In this document: one piece after another, positions 9,684-20,086 of the stretch
Layout of the letters: every line of letters starts with the position of its first letter
Numbering within the stretch: the first letter of the stretch is position 1
Assembly (NCBI GenBank): GCA_965223005.1
Contig: CBDCVK010000010.1
Coordinates: 416,001-480,000, forward strand
Reading direction: 5' to 3'
Origin: Terriglobia bacterium
Lineage (GTDB): Bacteria; Acidobacteriota; Terriglobia; JAJPHL01; JAPKYU01
DNA: 64,000 bases
Translations under genes and position numbers: made by a program
Notes under the pieces: model-generated
Database searches by the model: none
What the model saw: only the letters and a program-made list of their open reading frames with translations
Told to the model about the DNA's origin: nothing

Positions 9684-10951
9684 GTGCGATTCGCCTGGAG
9701 GACTACGCCCCACTGGTCGGCGAAGGCGAACTCCACGACCTGCGGCTTCTGGCGGCTCCCTTGAAAGGGCTTCGAGTACAACACATCAACTCCACTGCGC
9801 TGGGGGGCGGCGTGGCCGAAATTCTGATGCGGCTGGTGCCACTGATGCGGGAATTAGGCTTGGATGCTTCCTGGACGGTTCTCGACGGCACCCCTGAGTT
9901 CTTCGAAGTGACGAAGGCGTTTCACAACGGGCTGCACGGGCAACCCACCCAGATCACGCTGCCCATGCTGCAATGTTACAAGCAAGTCCAGGAAAGTAAC
10001 TATGCCAAGGTGGATCCCAAGGCGGACGTCGTCGTGTTGCACGATCCTCAACCGGCGGGGCTGGCCGAAATGCGGACTGGGCATCCGGGCCGTTGGATCT
10101 GGCGCTGCCACATTGATCTCTCCGACGCGGATCCAATGGTCTGGGGTTTCCTTCGCCCCTACGTCGAACGTTGTAATGCGGCCCTCTTTCACCTGCCCGA
10201 GTATGCCCAGGAGTTGCACATTGAGCAGTACGTCATCCCACCGGCAATTGATCCGTTTTCCGAGAAGAACCGCGATCTCAATGAGAGTGAAATAACTCAT
10301 GTTTTGAAGAAATTCGGCATGGACCCGGGCCGCCCGATTGTAGCGCAGGTTTCGCGCTTTGATCGGCTCAAGGACCCCGTGGGAGTCATCCAGGCCTACC
10401 GGCAACTCGGCAGATGGGTGGATTGCCAGCTTCTGCTGGCTGGCGGGGCTGCGGCCGACGACCCGGAAGGCCAGGAGGTGCTCGCCGAGGTCCGGCAGCA
10501 GGTTGCTGAAGATCCCAATGTCTTCGTTTTGGATCTACCTCCGGACAGCCATTTTGAGATCAACGCCCTGCAGCGGGCCGCCACCGTGATCGTGCAAAAA
10601 TCCATCCGAGAAGGCTTTGGGTTGGTGGTAACTGAGGCGATGTGGAAATGCAAGCCGGTCATTGGCGGAAATGTCGGCGGCATCCGTCGACAGATCCTCC
10701 ACGGGGAAACAGGCTACCTGGTCAACACTATCGAGGGCACCGCCTGGTACTTGCGCGAATTGCTGGTCAATCGGGCTCTGGCGGCGCGCATGGGTGTCTT
10801 GGCGCAAGAATACGTTCGGACCAACGCACTCCTTCCCCAGTATCTGCAAAGCTGGCTCCTGGTTCTGCTTGGGTTGCACCAGCCCGGCGAGGGCATCCTG
10901 CCTTTGCGCGAAACCGTGCGCCCTGTGAAGCCACAAGAGCAAACTGCCTGA
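9680..10951 (+). CDS. treT: trehalose synthase TreT (GT4 glycosyltransferase)
   Basis: HINSTALGGGVAEIL, HDPQP, WRCHID, QVSRFDRLKDP, KSIREGFGLVVTEAMWK. Confidence 0.9.
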   Translation: MSAIRLEDYAPLVGEGELHDLRLLAAPLKGLRVQHINSTALGGGVAEILMRLVPLMRELGLDASWTVLDGTPEFFEVTKAFHNGLHGQPTQITLPMLQCYKQVQESNYAKVDPKADVVVLHDPQPAGLAEMRTGHPGRWIWRCHIDLSDADPMVWGFLRPYVERCNAALFHLPEYAQELHIEQYVIPPAIDPFSEKNRDLNESEITHVLKKFGMDPGRPIVAQVSRFDRLKDPVGVIQAYRQLGRWVDCQLLLAGGAAADDPEGQEVLAEVRQQVAEDPNVFVLDLPPDSHFEINALQRAATVIVQKSIREGFGLVVTEAMWKCKPVIGGNVGGIRRQILHGETGYLVNTIEGTAWYLRELLVNRALAARMGVLAQEYVRTNALLPQYLQSWLLVLLGLHQPGEGILPLRETVRPVKPQEQTA

Positions 10952-11057
10952 CTTGCGTTCTTAGGATGCCAGGCTAGGAAACCGGCTTTCCTCCTAGGCG
11001 CAACTCTAGGGCGGAGGCTGTGGCGTCGCCAGCGGGAAGTGAGAAGAGCGTGTAGCC

Positions 11058-11513
11058 TTAGCGCGTCCTGCGTTGGTTGAGGTTCCAGCGGATCATCAAT
11101 TCCAGACGCTTGGAGCTGGAGGGGAGGAAGGCCCCAGCCGGGCCCGGTGTCAAGCCCAGGTAGAGGTTGTGTTTGTACAACCCCACGTCCACCTTTCCAT
11201 CCAGAAAGCTGTGCAGGCGGAACCCCTTGTAGAGGTGGAAATAGTCGCGTTCGTAGGTAAAATTCTTGTAGCGGAAGTGTAAGGGCCGGATCAGTCCCCT
11301 CGAGCGTAACAGCCGATCCTCCTCGCTCCTGCGCCCGAAGTCTCCCAGGGCTCCGAACAACGAGCCGTCGCTCTTGGGGGTGTGAGGACGCCAGAACATT
11401 TGCACTCCGGCGGCGTCCTGGGCGTTTGCCAAGCTTTCCTCAGCCAGGCCTACCGGCGATGCCAACAGGGCAACCGCCGTAACAACCGTCAGCGTCCAAT
11501 AAGCCGACCCCAT
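11058..11513 (-). CDS. hypothetical exported protein
   Basis: GAAGGGAG RBS, signal peptide ending GLA-EE, aromatic-rich beta-strand-like C-terminal half. Confidence 0.6.
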   Translation of the reverse strand: MGSAYWTLTVVTAVALLASPVGLAEESLANAQDAAGVQMFWRPHTPKSDGSLFGALGDFGRRSEEDRLLRSRGLIRPLHFRYKNFTYERDYFHLYKGFRLHSFLDGKVDVGLYKHNLYLGLTPGPAGAFLPSSSKRLELMIRWNLNQRRTR

Positions 11514-11675
11514 GACTCCCCTTCAGATAGCTTTTGCCCTTGGATCTCCTCTGCGGAGTATACCACACCATCCCGTCCGCGTAGTTTTCAAAGTGGCTAG
11601 CCGAGTGTGCTCACAAAGCGATCTCTTTCTGGGTGTCTATTATGTTCCTGAATAGATGGCATCAGAGAAAGAGCC

Positions 11676-11705
11676 TTGACTCGCCGGGAGAGGGGATTGT
11701 ATAAA
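11676..11705 (+). promoter_or_regulatory. putative sigma70 promoter of glnA
   Basis: TTGACT-N18-TATAAA, followed by TAAGGAGG RBS. Confidence 0.55.
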
Positions 11706-11750
11706 CGACGGCCGCTTATCTCTGCTGCGAATTACCTAAGGAGGCTAGGT

Positions 11751-13169
11751 ATGGCCAAAACTCCCGACGATGTTCGGAAACTGGCAAAAGGCGCCGGGGC
11801 CCAAATTGTGGACTTCCGATTCGTAGACCTGCCCGGGGTGTGGCAGCATTTCTCCATCCCCGCTGAAGACCTCAGCGACGACCTGTTCGAAGAGGGCATC
11901 GGTTTCGATGGCTCCAGCATTCGCGGCTTCCAGCTCATCCAGGAAAGCGACATGCTGCTGGTCGCCGACCCGGAGACGGCTCAGATGGATCCCATCCTGG
12001 AGATTCCCACGCTGAACTTGATCTGCAACGTGAAGGACCCGGTGACGCTGCAGAGCTACACCCGCGATGCTCGCTATATCGCGCAGAAGGCGGAAAACCA
12101 CCTGAAGAGCACAGGAATCGCCGATGCCAGCTACTGGGGCCCAGAGGCGGAGTTCTATATCTTTGACGATGTCCGCTATGAGCAGAATGCACAGTCCGGC
12201 TATTACTTCATCGATTCCAAAGAGGGCATCTGGAACTCCGGTCGGGAGGAGAATCCCAACCTCGGCTACAAGCTACGCCATAAGGAGGGTTACTTCCCCG
12301 TGCCGCCGGCCGACAGCATGCAGGACATGCGCTCGGAAATCATCCTGAAACTGGCACAGGTGGGCGTTCCGGTTGAGGTGCATCACCACGAGGTGGGGAC
12401 CGCCGGCCAGGGCGAGATTGATATGAAGTACGGGCCCCTCACCAAGTTGGCTGACAGCATGATGTGGTACAAGTACATTATTCGCAACGTCGCCCGCAAG
12501 CACGGCAAGTCGGCCACCTTCATGCCCAAGCCCATATTTGGCGACAACGGTTCGGGCATGCACACCCACCAGAGCTTGTGGAAGAGTGGCAAGCCCTTGT
12601 TTGCCGGGGACCTCTACGGGGGGCTGAGCCAGATGGCCCTGTGGTACGCGGGCGGCCTGCTCAAGCACGCCGCAGTGCTGCTGGCCTTCTGCGCTCCGAC
12701 CACCAACTCCTACCGGCGCCTGGTGCCCGGATTCGAAGCACCGGTCAACCTGGCCTACTCACGCCGCAATCGCAGCGCGGCTGTCCGCATCCCGATGTAC
12801 TCGACCAGCCCCAAGGCTAAGCGAATCGAGTTCCGGCCTCCGGACCCCTCCGCCAACCCCTATCTCTGCTTTGCCGCGCAGTTGATGGCAGGTCTGGACG
12901 GAATCCAGAACCGGATCGATCCCGGCGAGCCGATTGACAAAGACCTCTACGACCTGGAACCGGAGGAAGCCGCCAAAATCCAGAGCACCCCGGGCTCTCT
13001 CGGCGAGGTGCTCGACTTGCTGGAGAAGGACCACGACTGGCTGCTGGCCGGCGATGTGTTCACGCCCGACGTGATCGAGTCCTGGCTCACCTATAAGCGC
13101 GAACGCGAACTGGCCCCGGTGAACCTGCGCCCCGTGCCCTACGAGTTCTTCCTCTATTACGATCTGTAA
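11751..13169 (+). CDS. glnA: glutamine synthetase type I
   Basis: [39 protein letters not shown], adenylylation-site DKDLYDL. Confidence 0.97.
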   Translation: MAKTPDDVRKLAKGAGAQIVDFRFVDLPGVWQHFSIPAEDLSDDLFEEGIGFDGSSIRGFQLIQESDMLLVADPETAQMDPILEIPTLNLICNVKDPVTLQSYTRDARYIAQKAENHLKSTGIADASYWGPEAEFYIFDDVRYEQNAQSGYYFIDSKEGIWNSGREENPNLGYKLRHKEGYFPVPPADSMQDMRSEIILKLAQVGVPVEVHHHEVGTAGQGEIDMKYGPLTKLADSMMWYKYIIRNVARKHGKSATFMPKPIFGDNGSGMHTHQSLWKSGKPLFAGDLYGGLSQMALWYAGGLLKHAAVLLAFCAPTTNSYRRLVPGFEAPVNLAYSRRNRSAAVRIPMYSTSPKAKRIEFRPPDPSANPYLCFAAQLMAGLDGIQNRIDPGEPIDKDLYDLEPEEAAKIQSTPGSLGEVLDLLEKDHDWLLAGDVFTPDVIESWLTYKRERELAPVNLRPVPYEFFLYYDL

Positions 13170-13202
13170 CTCTGGAGAAGTCTGGAGCAGCACGCTCGGT
13201 CG

Positions 13203-13230
13203 TCCCCGACCCGCCCAGGCGGGTCGGGGA
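13203..13230. terminator. GC-rich hairpin between convergent glnA and ldh
   Basis: TCCCCGACCCGCC-CA-GGCGGGTCGGGGA perfect inverted repeat; no clear U-tract. Confidence 0.55.
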
Positions 13231-13330
13231 GGGTCCAGACATTTGCCGAAAGGATTGTGCGCGGCTCTCCGCAAGCCCAGCGCACGTCTGCCCTGAGGGA
13301 GGCTTGAGGAGTGGAGGGAGCCTGGGTCTC

Positions 13331-14332
<1,002 letters not shown>

Positions 14333-14437
14333 GGAGCGGTCGTGAGGTGGTCGCCTGGGACCTTGCTCTTCACCTGCTCCGCTTCTCCATATTCGATTTC
14401 CTTGATTTCCAAGCAGGGATTTCCGGGCAGGCGACCT

Positions 14438-16957
14438 TCATCCGCGCACTACGATGTTCACCAGCTTGTTGGGGACGACAATGGTCCGGACCAGTTGCTT
14501 GCCGACCATGAACTGGGCCACGCGGGGGTCAGCCAGGGCCCGCTGCTCAATCTCCTCCTGGCTGGTGCCGGCTGCCGCGACCAGGCGGCTGCGCAAGCGT
14601 CCATTCACCTGCACCACGATTTCGAACTCCTCCTCCCTGGCCAGCTCGGCGATGTAGCTGGGCCAGGACTCCCGCAGGAGCAAGCCGTCGTGCCCCAGTA
14701 TACTCCGCAGTTCCTGCGCCAGGTAGGGAGCGAAGGGCGCCAGCAGCAGCACAAAGCTTTCGAGGGCTTCGCGCAACACGGCGGGGGAAAGCTGTTCCTC
14801 GGAGGCGTAGAGTTCGTTCAACAGTTCCATCAGCGCGGCGATGGAAGTGTTGAAGTGCCAGCGTTCCTCGAAGTCGTCGGTGATGCGGCGGATGGTCTGA
14901 TGGAGCCGGCGCTGCGTGGCCCGGTCGGCGACAGTTTGAGCCGCGGCGACCGGATTGCCGTCGTCGCGGACACGCCTGACTGCGGAAGTGGCGGGAACTT
15001 GGGGAGAAACTTGACCGCCGCAGGCCTTGTTGGCGTTGCGCACTGCGAAGCGGTAGGCCCGCTGCATGAAACGATCGATGCCCTCGATGCCTGATTCGTT
15101 CCAGTCCAGGTCTTTGGCCGGCGGAGCGGCGAACATCGTGTAGAGGCGGGTGGCATCGGCGCCGTAACGGGCCACCATCACGTCCGGGTCCACGACGTTG
15201 CCCTTCGACTTGGACATCTTGGCGCCTTCGCGGATGACCATGCCCTGGGTGAAGAGCCGTTCCACCGGCTCATCGTGGGTCACCAAACCCAGATCGCGCA
15301 TCATCTTCGCCCAGAAGCGGGAGTAGACTAGGTGCAGGATGGCGTGCTCGACACCGCCGATGTACTGCTCGATCGGGAACCAGTAGCTGACCGCACGCGG
15401 GTCTATGGGCCCATCGGCTTCCGCCGGGTTGGTATAGCGGTAGAAGTACCAGGACGAGTCCACGAAGGTGTCCATCGTATCGGTCTCGCGGCGTGCCGGG
15501 CCGGAGCAGCGCGGACAGTTGGTGCGCGCAAATTCGTCCACCCGCGCCAGTGGCGATTCCCCCGTCCCGGTGACGGTCACGTCCAGCGGCAGCACCACCG
15601 GCAGTTGCTCGTCAGGCACCGGAACGGTGCCACAGCTTGGGCAGTAAATGATGGGGATGGGAGTCCCCCAGTAGCGCTGGCGGGAGATGCCCCAGTCGCG
15701 GAGCCGGTAGGTGATGGTGCCCCGGCCGAACCCGTGCCGCTCGACGTGCTCGGTCATCCGCCGGATGGCCTGCTCTGAGGTGTGCCCGCTGAATTCGCCC
15801 GATTCCACCACTCGCCCGTACTCGGTGAAGGCCGCGCCCTCCCGGGGCTGCCCCTCCAGCGGCACAATCACCGTGCGGATGGGGATGCGGTATTTGGTGC
15901 AAAACTCGTAGTCGCGCGCATCGTGCGCCGGAACGGCCATGATGGCCCCGGTGCCGTACCCCATCAACACGAAATTGCCGATCCAGATTGGCAGCTGCTC
16001 TTCGTTAAAAGGATTGACTGCAAATTTTCCCGTGAAGACGCCTTCCTTCTCGAACTCGCCCTCTCCCTCGCCGCGACTGGCCACCAGCTTCTGCGCCTGG
16101 GCTCTCATGCCTGCGCTCCACGGGGTGTTGCCGATCAGCTTTTCCACCAGGGGATGTTCCGGGGCCAGCAGCACCGCGGTGGCGCCGTAGATCGTGTCCA
16201 GGCGGGTGGTGAAGATTTCGATGGCGGTCTCGCGATCGTCCGCCAGCCGGAACTGAATCTGGGCGCCCACCGAGCGGCCGATCCAGTTGCGCTGCATGGT
16301 CAGCACCTTTTCGGGCCAGCGCTTCAGCTTGCCGACGTCTTCCAGCAACTGGTCTGCGTAGTCGGTGATGCGCAGAAACCACTGCTCCAGTTCTTTCTCG
16401 CCGACTGCGGTGTCTTCGTGGCGCCAGCAGTTGCCGTCCTTGACCTGCTCGTTGGCCAGCACCGTCTGGCACTTCGGACACCAGTTCACCCGGCTGTGCT
16501 TGCGGTAGGCCAGGCCGCGCTCGTACATGCGAAGGAAAAACCACTGGTTCCAGCGGTAATATTCCGGCTCGCAGGTGGAGATTTCCTTACTCCAGTCGTA
16601 AGCAAACCCGAACCGGCGTAACTGCTGCTTCATGGACGTGATGTTGGCGCGCGTCCAGTTGCGGGGGTGGGTCTGGTTTTGGATGGCCGCGTTTTCCGCC
16701 GGCAGCCCGAAGGCGTCCCATCCCATCGGATGCAGCACGTTATGGCCGCGCATCCACTTGTAGCGCGCTAGTGCGTCACCGATCGAATAGTTGCGCACGT
16801 GCCCCATGTGGAGGGTGCCCGAGGGGTAGGGCAGCATCTCCAGCACGTAGTACTTCGGCCGGCTGGGGTCTGGCTCGGCCCGATACGGGTTTTCCTGCTC
16901 AAACCGCTTTTGCCACTTGGGCTCGATTTCCTGCGGGTTGTAGTCTCGCTCTGCCAT
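14438..16957 (-). CDS. leuS: leucine--tRNA ligase
   Basis: MLPYPSG.LHMGH, CP1 editing GYGTGAIMAVPAHD.RD, DTMDTFVDSSWY, KMSKS. Confidence 0.98.
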   Translation of the reverse strand: MAERDYNPQEIEPKWQKRFEQENPYRAEPDPSRPKYYVLEMLPYPSGTLHMGHVRNYSIGDALARYKWMRGHNVLHPMGWDAFGLPAENAAIQNQTHPRNWTRANITSMKQQLRRFGFAYDWSKEISTCEPEYYRWNQWFFLRMYERGLAYRKHSRVNWCPKCQTVLANEQVKDGNCWRHEDTAVGEKELEQWFLRITDYADQLLEDVGKLKRWPEKVLTMQRNWIGRSVGAQIQFRLADDRETAIEIFTTRLDTIYGATAVLLAPEHPLVEKLIGNTPWSAGMRAQAQKLVASRGEGEGEFEKEGVFTGKFAVNPFNEEQLPIWIGNFVLMGYGTGAIMAVPAHDARDYEFCTKYRIPIRTVIVPLEGQPREGAAFTEYGRVVESGEFSGHTSEQAIRRMTEHVERHGFGRGTITYRLRDWGISRQRYWGTPIPIIYCPSCGTVPVPDEQLPVVLPLDVTVTGTGESPLARVDEFARTNCPRCSGPARRETDTMDTFVDSSWYFYRYTNPAEADGPIDPRAVSYWFPIEQYIGGVEHAILHLVYSRFWAKMMRDLGLVTHDEPVERLFTQGMVIREGAKMSKSKGNVVDPDVMVARYGADATRLYTMFAAPPAKDLDWNESGIEGIDRFMQRAYRFAVRNANKACGGQVSPQVPATSAVRRVRDDGNPVAAAQTVADRATQRRLHQTIRRITDDFEERWHFNTSIAALMELLNELYASEEQLSPAVLREALESFVLLLAPFAPYLAQELRSILGHDGLLLRESWPSYIAELAREEEFEIVVQVNGRLRSRLVAAAGTSQEEIEQRALADPRVAQFMVGKQLVRTIVVPNKLVNIVVRG

Positions 16958-17056
16958 GCGCGTTTTGTGAAACCGTGCTCGCCTATCCGCAGATTTCGCA
17001 AGAACTGGACACGCAGGCCTTATCGTAATCTGCGCAATCTGCCGACGTACTCCAGC

Positions 17057-18019
17057 TCAATTCCTGAGCTCTCCTTTGTGAACTTTGTGTTTTTGTGTCT
17101 TCGTGTTGTCTTTTCCCAGCCGGACCAGGCGGCGCACGGTTTGCAGGTTCCGCAGATCGTCGCCTTCCCGCTCGATTGGGGTCTCCAGGATGAAGGCTTT
17201 GTTGCGCAACCGCGGGTGGTTCAGGATGCGGCGGAACCCGACCAAGCCGATGCCGCCGCGTCCGATGTGCTCGTGCCGGTCAGCGCGCGAGCCGAGCGCG
17301 GTGCGCGAGTCGTTCGTGTGGACCACGCGGACCGAGTCCAGGCCCACGGTCCGCTCCACATGGGCCTGCAGGTCAGCCAGGCCTTTCACCCTGGAGAGGT
17401 CGAAGCCGGCCTGGTAACAATGCGCCGTGTCCAGGCAGCAGCCGAGGGGCACGCCGTCGGTCAACTCCAGGATGGTGGGTAGCTCCTCGAAGTCGGACCC
17501 CAGCGTGCCTCCGCCCCCGGCGGTGTTCTCGAGCAACACGCGCAACCGGCCCGTTTTTCTTCCCCGTGCTGCCTCTTCCAGTCCTGTGATGAACCGAAGA
17601 AGGGCACTGCGGCGGTCGCTATTGCCCGCGCTTCCCGGATGCGTCACCAGATATTCCGCACCCAGGATCGCGGCGCGCTCCAGTTCCCCGCGGAAGGCTT
17701 CAATGGATTTTTGGCGAATCCGCGGGTCCGACGAGGCCAGGTTGATCAGGTAGTTGTCATGAATGACCAGCGGATAGAGGTCATAGGTTTCGCGCAACCG
17801 CCACAGGGAGCGCGCTTCGGCCGGATCCACTCGTGACTGCTTCCACTGGCGGGGGCTGGAGGAGAAAATCTGGAACGTGTTGCAACCGAGGTGGTGAGCG
17901 CGTTCGGCGGATTTTGAGAGCGCGCCCGCGATGGACGTATGAATGCCGATGCGCCGCCCGGCCACCGGGCCCGGCGGCGCTTGATTCTCCGGGATAGCAA
18001 TCGCCTCGGACAACCCCAC
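17057..18019 (-). CDS. nfo: endonuclease IV
   Basis: IGIHTS, H.NYLINL, HPGS, LENTAG, CLDTAH, H.NDS, DRHEHIG, ILETP; start uncertain. Confidence 0.93.
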   Translation of the reverse strand: MGLSEAIAIPENQAPPGPVAGRRIGIHTSIAGALSKSAERAHHLGCNTFQIFSSSPRQWKQSRVDPAEARSLWRLRETYDLYPLVIHDNYLINLASSDPRIRQKSIEAFRGELERAAILGAEYLVTHPGSAGNSDRRSALLRFITGLEEAARGRKTGRLRVLLENTAGGGGTLGSDFEELPTILELTDGVPLGCCLDTAHCYQAGFDLSRVKGLADLQAHVERTVGLDSVRVVHTNDSRTALGSRADRHEHIGRGGIGLVGFRRILNHPRLRNKAFILETPIEREGDDLRNLQTVRRLVRLGKDNTKTQKHKVHKGELRN

Positions 18020-18254
18020 CGCGCCTCTCCGTGCTCAGAAAAACATTCTCCGTATGTATATTAGCACGAACTCCGAACGACGGTGGCGCAGCGCTCCAAA
18101 GCAAGATGCTGCCATTCACCGACAGCTGAGCACGCAAAGCATGCCGGGACATGCACGGAGAGGCGCGCCCCCGGCCCGGCAGTTTCCACGATAAGTTCGA
18201 CGCCGACAGGCAAGGATGCCTGTCGCTACTGTATACTTTTTCTCTTGAGGGCAG

Positions 18255-20003
18255 ATGAAACGCAAGATTGAAGCCGTCCGGCTACTGTTCCCCTACCTGC
18301 GGCGCTACCGCTGGCGCTACGTGCCCGGCGTGTTGGCGCTGGTGGCCAATAACGTCGCTTGGCTGGCCATGCCGTTGCTGCTGAAGGCTGCCGTTGACAG
18401 CCTGACCCAGCCGCTCACCCATCAGACGCTGATGTTCTACGCGCTGGCGCTGATCGGGGTCGCCTGCGCCAAGGGTTTCTTCCAATACTGGATGCGCTGG
18501 ATCTTGATTGGCATCTCTCGCGACATCGAGTACGACCTGCGCAACGACCTGTTCCGGCACCTGGAGCGCCTCTCGCTCGCCTACTACCACCGCAACCGTA
18601 CCGGCGACATCATGGCGCGGGCCACCAACGACCTGAACGCCGCCCGCATGCTGCTCGGCCCCGGCATCATGTATTCGGCCAACACCCTGATGGTGATGGT
18701 CTTCGCGATGGCCATCATGCTGCGGCTGGACTGGCGGCTGACCTTGATGGCGTTCACGCCGGTTCCGGCCGTCACGCTGGCGGTGATCTACTTCGGCCGG
18801 CGCATCCACGACCGCTTTGAGCGCATCCAGGCCATGTTCAGCGAGCTGAGCGCCCGCGTGCAAGAGAACCTCTCCGGGATGCGGGTGGTGAAGGCGTATG
18901 CGCAGGAGGAGGCCGAAATCGCCCAGTTCCGCGCAGCCAGTCAGGAGTTCGTCAGGCACAACATCGGGCTGGTCAAGTTATGGGGGATGTTTTATCCGCT
19001 GCTGCAGGTGCTGATCGGGCTGGCGTTCGTGATCGTGCTATGGATGGGCGGGCTGGCGGTCGACGCGGGGCGCATCTCGCTCGGCTCGTTTGTGGCCTTC
19101 AACGTCTACCTGGTGCAGCTCACCTGGCCGATGATCGCGCTGGGCTGGGTGGTCAATCTGGCCGAGCGCGGCGCTGCATCCACCGGGCGCATCCGCCGAA
19201 TCCTGGAAGAGCCGGTCGAAATCGCTTCCCCTGAAGAACCGGCGCGGCTGGGCGAGATTCACGGCGCGATTGAGTTCCGCAACTTGAGCTTCACCTACAA
19301 CGGCCGGCCAGTGCTGCGCAACGTGAACCTGCGGATCCCCGCCGGCCAGACCGTGGCCGTCGTCGGCCACACCGGCTCGGGCAAAACCACGCTGGTGAAC
19401 TTGATCCCTCGTCTGTTCGATGCCCCGCCAGGCACCGTGCTGCTGGACGGCGTGGACATCCGCCGGTGGTCGCTGGAGGCGCTGCGGTGCCAGATCGGCT
19501 TCGTGCCTCAGGAAACGTTCCTGTTCAGCGACACTCTTCGGGAGAACATCGCCTTCGGAGCTCCAGAAGCTGAGGATGCCAGCGTGCGCTGGGCAGCCGA
19601 AGTCGCCGGGCTGCTGCCCGACGTCGAGGAGTTTCCCGAGAAGTTCCAGACGCTGGTCGGCGAGCGCGGCATCACCCTGAGCGGCGGGCAGAAGCAGCGC
19701 ACCGCCATCGCCCGCGCCCTGGTGCGAGACCCCCGCATTCTGGTGTTGGACGACGCGCTGTCCAGCGTGGACACCTACACCGAGGAGCGCATCCTGACCC
19801 GGCTGGCGGAAATGATGAAGGGGCGGACCTCCATTCTGATTTCGCACCGCGTCTCAACCGTCCGCGCCGCCGACTGGATCGTGGTGCTGGAGCAGGGGGA
19901 AATCGTCGAGAGCGGCACCCACGACGAGTTGCTTGCTCGTGGCGGCTATTACGCCGACCTCTATCAGAAGCAACTACTCGAGGAGGAACTAGAGAGAGCA
20001 TGA
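18255..20003 (+). CDS. ABC exporter, TMD-NBD fused subunit (MdlA/YheI-like)
   Basis: GHTGSGKT, LSGGQ, degenerate Walker B LVLDD, ISHR. Confidence 0.93.
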   Translation: MKRKIEAVRLLFPYLRRYRWRYVPGVLALVANNVAWLAMPLLLKAAVDSLTQPLTHQTLMFYALALIGVACAKGFFQYWMRWILIGISRDIEYDLRNDLFRHLERLSLAYYHRNRTGDIMARATNDLNAARMLLGPGIMYSANTLMVMVFAMAIMLRLDWRLTLMAFTPVPAVTLAVIYFGRRIHDRFERIQAMFSELSARVQENLSGMRVVKAYAQEEAEIAQFRAASQEFVRHNIGLVKLWGMFYPLLQVLIGLAFVIVLWMGGLAVDAGRISLGSFVAFNVYLVQLTWPMIALGWVVNLAERGAASTGRIRRILEEPVEIASPEEPARLGEIHGAIEFRNLSFTYNGRPVLRNVNLRIPAGQTVAVVGHTGSGKTTLVNLIPRLFDAPPGTVLLDGVDIRRWSLEALRCQIGFVPQETFLFSDTLRENIAFGAPEAEDASVRWAAEVAGLLPDVEEFPEKFQTLVGERGITLSGGQKQRTAIARALVRDPRILVLDDALSSVDTYTEERILTRLAEMMKGRTSILISHRVSTVRAADWIVVLEQGEIVESGTHDELLARGGYYADLYQKQLLEEELERA

Positions 20004-20006
20004 AAG

Positions 20007-20081
20007 CAGGTTCCAGGTTTCAGGTGTCAGGGTTTCGCGACAAAGGCTCGCCTGACACCTGACACCTGGCACCTGAAACCT
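20007..20081. repeat. inverted arrays of heptamer CAGGTGT / ACACCTG
   Basis: CAGGTTC CAGGTTT CAGGTGT CAGG ... CCTGACA CCTGACA CCTGGCA CCTGAAA CCT. Confidence 0.85.
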
Positions 20082-20086
20082 AAACA

